Assembly: GCA_964585985.1 (NCBI GenBank)
Contig: CAZPFV010000001.1
Coordinates: forward strand, 29,199 to 83,461
DNA: 54,263 nucleotides
Origin: an uncultured Candidatus Saccharibacteria bacterium
Lineage (GTDB): Bacteria; Patescibacteriota; Dojkabacteria; SC72
Reading direction: 5' to 3'
Made by a program: the position numbers and the translations under genes. The notes under the pieces are model-generated. The model did no database searches, was not told where the DNA came from, and was given only the letters and a program-made list of their open reading frames with translations. Positions 27,481-35,300 of the stretch are shown in pieces. Each line of letters begins with the position of its first letter. Position 1 is the stretch's first letter.

Positions 27481-28329
27481 CTATTTTCCCTTTCTTGTCC
27501 TATTTACTTTCTCTCTTTTTGAATGTTGCTGCAAATGTTTTAGATAGTAGCCCTTTACCCTGTTAATATACTTACCTCCATTTTCTTTGTACTTCTCAAA
27601 AATCATGAGATAGAAATCAGAAGGTACCTGGGTAGGTTTTGAATATCTATGCTCATTTAAATATTTCTTGACATACTTTACTTGATTGTATGTAAGAAGC
27701 TGTTTAAATATATCTAACACAAATCTATTCCTCTGATTAAAAATGTAGGTAACAAAATCCCTGTAGAGTCCAAAATCAGATTTATTAAAATCTTTTCTTT
27801 TGAAACTTAACAGCACTATTTCAACTTGAGGAGTAGGGGAGAAATCCTCTTTTTTAAATTTATCAAATATCTCAATGTCATACATAAAAGATAATATTGT
27901 AGAGATTTGGGTACTTCTAGGCTTACCCGTAAATCTCTCTGCTGATTCTCTCTGTACAAAAAGAAAAGCTTGGCTAAGATTAGAATTTACATCTGTAATT
28001 TTGTTAATAATATCTGAGGTAAGAGAAAAGGGAATATTAGAAAATATCTTGAAACTTTCTTTTGGTAACTGAGCATTTAGGAAATCATTATTTTCTAAAA
28101 CAATATTCGAAGTATTTAAAAATTTTTCTTCTAAAATTTCGAAGTATCTACTATCTAATTCATATGCAATTATTTTTTTTGCATACTTGGATAACTCCTC
28201 CGTTATTATCCCCTTTCCAGCTCCAATATCAATTACCATATCGTCACTATTAATACCTGACTTATTAAGAATCTCTTTTAATTTCCCTCTATTTTTATAG
28301 AAATTTTGTGAATATTTAATATCTACCAT
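27481..28329 (-). CDS. Erm/KsgA-family rRNA adenine N6-methyltransferase, Erm-like
   Basis: KYSQNF.., SAM motif VIDIGAGKGIITEEL, AYELD, and catalytic FKIFSNIPFSLTSDIINKI (compare ErmC YKIFGNIPYNISTDIIRKI). Basic C-terminal tail. Confidence 0.75.
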   Translation of the reverse strand: MVDIKYSQNFYKNRGKLKEILNKSGINSDDMVIDIGAGKGIITEELSKYAKKIIAYELDSRYFEILEEKFLNTSNIVLENNDFLNAQLPKESFKIFSNIPFSLTSDIINKITDVNSNLSQAFLFVQRESAERFTGKPRSTQISTILSFMYDIEIFDKFKKEDFSPTPQVEIVLLSFKRKDFNKSDFGLYRDFVTYIFNQRNRFVLDIFKQLLTYNQVKYVKKYLNEHRYSKPTQVPSDFYLMIFEKYKENGGKYINRVKGYYLKHLQQHSKREKVNRTRKGK

Positions 28330-28360
28330 ACCGTAGTTATATCATAATTATAGTAGATAT

Positions 28361-28389
28361 TTGAATATCACATTTCTCACATATATAAT
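28361..28389 (+). promoter_or_regulatory. sigma70-like promoter TTGAAT-17 nt-TATAAT; the -10 ends 5 nt before the ATG at 28395
   Basis: TTGAAT 28361-28366, 17-nt spacer, TATAAT 28384-28389, then GGAAT, then ATG. Confidence 0.5.
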
Positions 28390-28394
28390 GGAAT

Positions 28395-29141
28395 ATGAAA
28401 TACAAAAAAGCTAGCCAACTCCTATTAATCTCTACAACGATCCTACTCTTTTTCTCAAGTATCCCCGTACTAAACACATTTGCATATGAAGGGAGTAGTG
28501 AAACAAAAAGAATACAGTGGGGAAATCTAAATACCTTTTCAGACAAAAAGGAATCCGAATCTTACTACATGGTAGACACTGGAGGGCAGTTAGGTAATGA
28601 TGTATACATATCTGATAATTATAAAATAATGGCTGGATTCGGTTTCTACTACAGTCTCATACCATTTAATTTTACAATTGATTCAGAATTAAATTTTAAC
28701 TTTCTCCAACTCAAGCCAAATGTTCCACAGACAGCATCAACAATATTAACAGTAACATCTGGAGCAGCCCATGGCTATGTTGTAACAGCCCAACAAAATC
28801 ATCAACTAGAAAGATTCGGAGAGCCTGGAGTATATATTTTAGATATAGTGGGAGATAATTCGGACATTACCCATCAGCAAGAAGGTATGTGGGAACTAAA
28901 TACTACTCACGGATTTGGATATACAATGGAAAATTTAGTAGGAACAGATGCTGTGTTTACAACAGGCTACAGACAGTTCGCAGATGCTTCAAATTTTGAA
29001 CCTCCCCAGATAATAATTGAAAACTCTGGAGTAACTAGAACCTCAAGTGCTAGAGTAAAGTATAAAATAAATATTGGAGCAATGCAGAAAGCGGGCTTTT
29101 ATACATCAAAAATCGCATATAACTGTACAGGAACATTCTAA
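28395..29141 (+). CDS. secreted beta-rich protein, putative surface-structure subunit (module 1, subunit)
   Basis: Signal peptide MKYKKASQLLLISTTILLFFSSIPVLNTFA. It shares with the 30150 gene the block ..TVTSGAAHGYVVT.. and a terminal strand AGFYTSKIAYNCTGTF ending at the C-terminal Phe. Confidence 0.8.
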   Translation: MKYKKASQLLLISTTILLFFSSIPVLNTFAYEGSSETKRIQWGNLNTFSDKKESESYYMVDTGGQLGNDVYISDNYKIMAGFGFYYSLIPFNFTIDSELNFNFLQLKPNVPQTASTILTVTSGAAHGYVVTAQQNHQLERFGEPGVYILDIVGDNSDITHQQEGMWELNTTHGFGYTMENLVGTDAVFTTGYRQFADASNFEPPQIIIENSGVTRTSSARVKYKINIGAMQKAGFYTSKIAYNCTGTF

Positions 29142-29157
29142 TTAACAATATTAAAAA

Positions 29158-30084
29158 ATGAAACTTAAAAATATTCTTTTAATTACATTTGGAATAATCT
29201 TGTTAGGAGTAAGAGCAACCTTCGCCCAACAAATTGACTTTAATATATACCCAACCATTATTGAAATTGAGAGTGAACCAGGCCAAACCATTAAATATCC
29301 TATTACTATCAAAGGAACTGGAGGAGGACAATACAACCTTAAAGTGTACGGCTTAGAAGTTACAGACAATCAGGGACACTTTGTCTCCAGTAAGCAAGAG
29401 TTTGATCAACTACAATGGATATCCTTTAAACCTGAAAATTTAGAATTTGAAAATTATGAACAGAGAGAAGCCAATCTTTTTGTGACCATACCCAATGAAG
29501 CTTCGCTAGGGGACTACTATTTTACAATCTCCCTTGAAAGAGAGTTTCCAGAGACAGAAGAAGGTCCTGTACTAAGTGGTGCTTTAGAAATACCTTTGCT
29601 AATTACACTCTCTAAAGACGGGTTTCCTAAATTAGAAGCAGAAATTAAAAAATTTAAAACAAAGTATATAGATGTATTTAATCCAATAACCTTTGACATT
29701 GAAGTTAAAAATGCGGGAGCAAGAAAGCTTAAATCATACGGCGAAGTAGAAATAACAAATATTATTTCAAAAGACACATACACAAAAGAATTAATACCTC
29801 AAAATGTATTAGCAGAATCAACAAGAATAGTTGTTGATGAACAAGGTTTTGTACAGGGGAATGATTATGTTTCTTGGATATCTCCTAACCTGATTGGCAT
29901 ATTTAAAGCAAAAGTAAACCTCTATGACAAATACCATCAAGAGGATAATGCAAGTATATTAGCCTCAACTGAAGAGCTCACATTCATCTATTTTGACTTC
30001 TTTCTTCTGCTAGGAATTCTCTTTGCCATTATTCTCATATCTCTGCTTATTTATAATAGAAAGAGAGAAGAGAAAGAGATTTGA
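29158..30084 (+). CDS. signal peptide + two beta-sandwich-like halves + C-terminal TM anchor (module 1, anchor/partner); DUF916/DUF3324-like architecture
   Basis: Paralogue of the 31231 gene (FNIYPTIIEIESEPGQT, QWISF, FDIEVKNAG..GEVEITN, NVLAESTR). C-terminal helix FFLLLGILFAIILISLLIY followed by NRKREEKEI. Confidence 0.8.
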   Translation: MKLKNILLITFGIILLGVRATFAQQIDFNIYPTIIEIESEPGQTIKYPITIKGTGGGQYNLKVYGLEVTDNQGHFVSSKQEFDQLQWISFKPENLEFENYEQREANLFVTIPNEASLGDYYFTISLEREFPETEEGPVLSGALEIPLLITLSKDGFPKLEAEIKKFKTKYIDVFNPITFDIEVKNAGARKLKSYGEVEITNIISKDTYTKELIPQNVLAESTRIVVDEQGFVQGNDYVSWISPNLIGIFKAKVNLYDKYHQEDNASILASTEELTFIYFDFFLLLGILFAIILISLLIYNRKREEKEI

Positions 30085-30149
30085 CATCAGAAGATATTTC
30101 ATATAAATTTAATTTAGTTAAATCAAAAAAATTATTTTATAACAAGAAA

Positions 30150-31220
30150 ATGAAAAGCAAAAAAATCTTTTCCCTTTTGACTGCCACCCTTTTAATCACA
30201 GTACTCGCTTTCTCTAATTACTTTTTTGTAGAAAAGGCATCAGCTGGATTCCTTACCTCCATCTCTGATACTTTAAGCAGAATAGAGCATTATGAAAAAG
30301 CAAACCACACAATTAAATTTGTTACTCCAACAGGAGTAGATCAAAGTACAGATACAATAGTGATAGCATTCGATGATACAGGTGATGCTTATGACCTAGC
30401 AGGGGTTACTTTCTCAGATATTGACCTCGCTATAGATAATGATGGAAATTGTGATGGACCTTGGACAGAGAAAACCTTAGGTGCAACAGCTGCAGCTAAT
30501 ACTTGGGGGGTGAATATTAATACAACAAATGATCAAATTACCTTTACTGCACCAAGTAATGCAACAACAGGTGAGATTGCCGCAGGAAGATGTGTACAGA
30601 TTGAAATAGGTACAAATGCTACCCACGGTGGGACAGGAATAAATCAAATAACGAACCCAAATTCAGGAACATATATCACCTCTATTTCTGGAACTTTTGG
30701 TGATACAGGCAGATTTGCAGTAGCAATACTTGCCTCAGATCAAATTGATATCACAGCACAGGTAGATCCAACATTAACTGTCATTATTAGTGCAACAACA
30801 TGCCCATTAGGAACCTTAACTGAAACCTATATAGAAACATGCAAATATAATGTAACTGTATCTACAAACGCTTCTAATGGCTATGTGTCTACCATAGTTG
30901 CAGATGGTTTACTAAGAAATACAACTGACGATATTAACAATGCCGTAGGATCACTTGTGAGAAGAGGATATGAAGAGTATGGAATAGCTACCTCAAAATC
31001 AGGACAACCAATTCCACAAAACATTGCATGTACTGACCATGATGGAGGAACTTCACAAGCTGCTACCGCACTTCTTACTACACCACAACAGTTTGCAAAT
31101 GCAACCGCACCAATCAGTTCAGACCTAACAACCCTTTGTCACCTAGCTTCCGTTACTGGTGCAACTCCTGCAGGTAGTTATGCTCAAGTTGCAACCATAG
31201 TTGTTACCGCTAATTTTTAA
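30150..31220 (+). CDS. secreted beta-rich protein, putative surface-structure subunit (module 2, subunit)
   Basis: ATG 30150 gives a signal peptide MKSKKIFSLLTATLLITVLAFS (the track's TTG 30081 is unlikely). It contains ..NVTVSTNASNGYVST.. and ends AGSYAQVATIVVTANF. Confidence 0.8.
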   Translation: MKSKKIFSLLTATLLITVLAFSNYFFVEKASAGFLTSISDTLSRIEHYEKANHTIKFVTPTGVDQSTDTIVIAFDDTGDAYDLAGVTFSDIDLAIDNDGNCDGPWTEKTLGATAAANTWGVNINTTNDQITFTAPSNATTGEIAAGRCVQIEIGTNATHGGTGINQITNPNSGTYITSISGTFGDTGRFAVAILASDQIDITAQVDPTLTVIISATTCPLGTLTETYIETCKYNVTVSTNASNGYVSTIVADGLLRNTTDDINNAVGSLVRRGYEEYGIATSKSGQPIPQNIACTDHDGGTSQAATALLTTPQQFANATAPISSDLTTLCHLASVTGATPAGSYAQVATIVVTANF

Positions 31221-31230
31221 TTTAGGATAA

Positions 31231-32274
31231 ATGAAAAACAAAACGCCCCTTTTCATACTTACATTAATTTTTGCAGTTGCAATATCTTTCATCCTGAGTC
31301 CTAAAGAACTACTTGCACAGGCACCCTTAAGCCTCCAAGTTTCACCACCTATTCTTGAAATTGAGATAAATCCAGGGGATACTTACAGTGACTTTTTGAA
31401 ATTTGAGAATTTAAGTACTACAGAAACCCTTACTCTCTACCCCCAGATTCTCTCCTTTAAGGCTAAGGGATTAGAGGGTGCACAGGAATTTATTACTGAT
31501 ACTCAGGAGACTACAAACTTCTCTCTTGCACAGTGGGTAAATATATCAACAGACATAATAGTAATAAAGCCACTAGAAAGAATCGTTTTACCTTTTACAA
31601 TTACAGTGCCTGTAGATGCAGAGCCTGGAGGTAGATATGCAGCAGTCCTACTTGGTAACCAGCCTGTGGTACAAGAGGAAGGAAGTAATGTAGCATTGGG
31701 GGCCCAAACGGGAACCATTATACTTGCTAAAGTTTCTGGTGATGTAACCGAAAAAGCTACTTTAGAGAGCTTTAAAACAGGTAAAGATTCATATCAATAT
31801 CCACCTGTAGATTTTGAAATTACAATACAAAACAGTGGTAATATACATGTTAGACCGCTCGGTAAGATAGAGATAAGTAATATGTTTGGTAAAAGTGTAG
31901 GAGAAATTGATGTAAACGTAGCAAAGGGGAATGTATTACCAGAATCAAGTAGACTGTTTACCCCATCTTGGGAAACAGAGAAGTTTACCATTGGTAAGTT
32001 TACTGCAAAGTTAGATTTAGAGTATGGAGATGAGGAGGTAAGCACTCTCTCAGATACAATCTCTTTCTGGGTATTACCTGTAAGAGAGATTGCAATAGGG
32101 GCGGGTGTTCTACTATTAATTATACTACTTTTTTTCGTGCTTATAAAAATGTACAACAGGATGGTTATCAAAAAAGCCTTAAAAATGAAGGAAGAAGAGA
32201 GACAAAATAGTGTAATAAACAATACTCCTGTAGGGGCTCCTCCAAGCGGTCAAAATCCACCTACTCAAATATAG
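31231..32274 (+). CDS. signal peptide + two beta-sandwich-like halves + C-terminal TM anchor (module 2, anchor/partner)
   Basis: LQVSPPILEIEINPGDT, QWVNI, FEITIQNSG..GKIEISN, NVLPESSR. TM helix IAIGAGVLLLIILLFFVLI followed by a basic then Pro-rich cytoplasmic tail. Confidence 0.8.
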   Translation: MKNKTPLFILTLIFAVAISFILSPKELLAQAPLSLQVSPPILEIEINPGDTYSDFLKFENLSTTETLTLYPQILSFKAKGLEGAQEFITDTQETTNFSLAQWVNISTDIIVIKPLERIVLPFTITVPVDAEPGGRYAAVLLGNQPVVQEEGSNVALGAQTGTIILAKVSGDVTEKATLESFKTGKDSYQYPPVDFEITIQNSGNIHVRPLGKIEISNMFGKSVGEIDVNVAKGNVLPESSRLFTPSWETEKFTIGKFTAKLDLEYGDEEVSTLSDTISFWVLPVREIAIGAGVLLLIILLFFVLIKMYNRMVIKKALKMKEEERQNSVINNTPVGAPPSGQNPPTQI

Positions 32275-32292
32275 TAGAAATGCTCTAAAAAA

Positions 32293-32321
32293 TTGACATA
32301 TTTAGTGCTCCCCCATATACT
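32293..32321 (+). promoter_or_regulatory. sigma70-like promoter TTGACA-17 nt-TATACT for the giant fibre gene
   Basis: Consensus -35 TTGACA 32293-32298, 17-nt spacer, TATACT 32316-32321, in the 76-nt intergenic gap. Confidence 0.55.
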
Positions 32322-32345
32322 ATTAGCATAGGATATTATGCTAAT
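32322..32345 (+). promoter_or_regulatory. perfect 9-bp inverted repeat (ATTAGCATA-ggatat-TATGCTAAT) at the predicted transcription start / 5' UTR
   Basis: Read directly from the sequence. It sits immediately after the -10 and ends 5 nt before ATG 32351. It could be an operator or an mRNA hairpin. Confidence 0.5.
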
Positions 32346-32350
32346 TCTTT

Positions 32351-35300
32351 ATGCCCAAAATTAGAGTAGAAAACAAAAAAAAGATCAGTTTCAAACCGTT
32401 ACATTACTCAATCTTTTTAATTACTTTGGTATTCTCTTTTTGGGGAACATACTTTCTTAATGATTTTAACTGGTCAAAACTCTTAGAAGGGGATGTAATA
32501 AGAGACGACATCTTAGGTGTAACTGCACCCAATATGCTCTCATTCCAAGGTAGGTTAACTAACCGATCTGACACACCAATAACTACACCCACAAATGTAA
32601 CATTTAAGATATATAATGCGCCCGCTGGGGGCACAGAACTTTGGACAGGAAGCTGTACAATTACACCAGACCAAGATGGAATTTTTGATACGCTCTTAGG
32701 AGGTACATGTGGTAGCTCAATCCCGACATCTATTTTTAGTACATATGTCGATACATATTTAGGCATTACAGTCGGTACAGACTCAGAGATGATACCTCGC
32801 CAAAAGATAGTATCTAGTGCATATGCATTAAATGCAGATACACTAGATGGTTTTGATTCTTCACAAACACCTGGCATGAATAATGTTGTTGTCTTAGATC
32901 CCACAGGCAATCTTACATTTGGAACTACATCCCCAGTAATCTCTTCATCAGGCAATTTAATACTTTCTCCTTCGGGAAATGTAGGTATTAATATAAGTAA
33001 TCCAGCATCTTTACTCCATGTCAATGAAGGCAATGTCTTAATCACTGGGGCAGATAAAAAATTAATAGTAGAGCAAAGTAGAGGTTCAGATACAAATTTC
33101 ACCAGCCTTTGGGTTGGCACTACACTTGCTCTCTTTCAATACCCTGATGATATTAAGTTCGGTATTCAAGCAGCTTCTGGACAAAATGATTCAGGTGGGA
33201 GTGGTTATTCGTTAATGTCTTTTGGTAGTACTCGAAACACAATGTTTGGTGATATGTTAGCCTCCCAATCTGACCCAGGTCATAGGGTCACTATCAAAGG
33301 CTCTACTTCAAGTAATGGAAATGGTGCTTTAAGCGTATTGAATTCATCAGACAACAGTTTACTTTTTGTAAGAAATGACGGGAATGTTGGTATAGGAACA
33401 TCAACTCCATCAGCTGCACTTGATGTAGTAGGTGATATTAAGGCTTCTGGCACTATTAGAAATGTAACAGTACATGGAACAGTAGGAACTGCAGCAGCAA
33501 CGGCAGCAAAGGTCGTAAATATACCAAACTATACATTAACAACAGGTGATCTTCTTTCAATTACATTTACATTAGGAAATAGTGTGTCAGCAGCCACTTT
33601 AAATGTTAATTCAACAGGTCCTAACAATATTAGGTTAGGAAACACCAATGTAACAACTACTAATATGACTCTAGCTGCAGGCTCTACAGTACTGATGTAC
33701 TTTGATGGTACATATTTCCAAATAATGGGTTCACAAAGGGTATCAGATTCAAATACCTATGACAGAACATACTGGAATAACGCAATTACTGCCGGTACAG
33801 CCATATATGACTACAAATTAATAATGCAAGCCCCTGATGGTAAGTGGTATCCACTTACTTTAGAAGAGGGAACAAGCACTACTAAGACAGTATCAACTCA
33901 GCCTTTTACAATCAATTCACCTATACTTTACTATGCAACAACCACAAATGTAGCTGCTAATGGTACTTTCAGCAATGTATACAGTGAAATACCGATGGCA
34001 AATCTTAGATATACGGCAAATTCATCATCTTGGACGAATCAAAAACCCATATATCTTAAAGGAACAATAAATAGTAGCGGAAATTTTGTATTAGATAACA
34101 CAACATATGATAGTTTCATAACACAGACATTACCAACATCTGCAGATGGCTTTGTATACATCCTTTTAGGTCAAATGTATTCAACCACTGCAATGAGACT
34201 TTTCCAATATCATCCAATATATGAATACAAAGCAGGGAGAGTACAACCGTATGGAGCGGGATCAACAACATTTGCTGGGTTAACAGATACTCCTAATTCA
34301 TACTTTGGAAATGGCGGTTATCTAGTTAGAGTAAATGCTGGTGCAACTGGTTTAGAATTTGTTGAATCTTCCACCTTTATAGATACAAATGACTATGTAG
34401 ACTCTGTATCATTTAATTCTACAAATGGCGTATTAACCTTAGGTAGAACAGGAATACTACCAGACTTAACTACTAATTTAGATGGTAGATATCTACAATC
34501 CTTCACTGAAGCAGATACTCTGCAAACAGTTACTGACAGGGGTGCAACTACCACTATAGCGTCTACATTTAGTACTAGTATTAGGACTCCATTACTGATA
34601 GGGAACAATTCTTTAGGAATAAGGGCAGGGGCTAATTCAACAACTGCAATACAATTACAAAATGCGTCAGGTACAAGTATACTTAATGTAGATACAACAA
34701 ATAGTAGAGTGGGAATTGGCACTACCTCTCCAGTTACCAAACTACATATTGCTGATGATGGAGGTATCTTAGCCCAAGGTATTTATGAGAGTGGTTGGGA
34801 TGGAGGCTCTCTAGGGCAAGGAAGTAGACTAATGTGGATACCCAGTAAGAGTGCTTTTAGAGCTGGATATGTTTTTGGTACTCGATGGGATACTGCTAAT
34901 ATTGGTGATTTTTCAGTGGCAATGGGACATAGTACCACCGCCAGTGGACAGGCTTCCACCGCAATGGGAAATCAAACTTCCGCCAGTGGAGATAGTTCCA
35001 CAGCAATGGGGCTTGTAACCACCGCCAGTGGAAATTATTCTACAGCAATGGGAGAGGAGACCTTCGCTGGAGGAGAGAGTTCTGTAGCAATGGGGCTTGC
35101 TGCCAACACTAGTGGATATGCTTCCATAGCAATGGGAAATCAAACTTCCGCCAGTGGATATAGTTCCACAGCAATGGGATATGAAAGCACCGCCAGTGGA
35201 GATGCTTCCACAGCAATGGGGCGGAACACCACTGCTCAAGCCTATGCCTCTACAGTGATTGGTAGATACAATGTTATATCAGGCAATACTACTACTTGGA

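Noticed and set aside
24251-28394. att-type direct repeat of the tRNA-Val 3' end delimiting an integrated element
   Set aside because: I found no copy of the tRNA 3' segment (..GTATCGCCCACCA) in the intergenic regions by eye. A computational repeat search would be needed, so only a weak 'islet' finding is reported.
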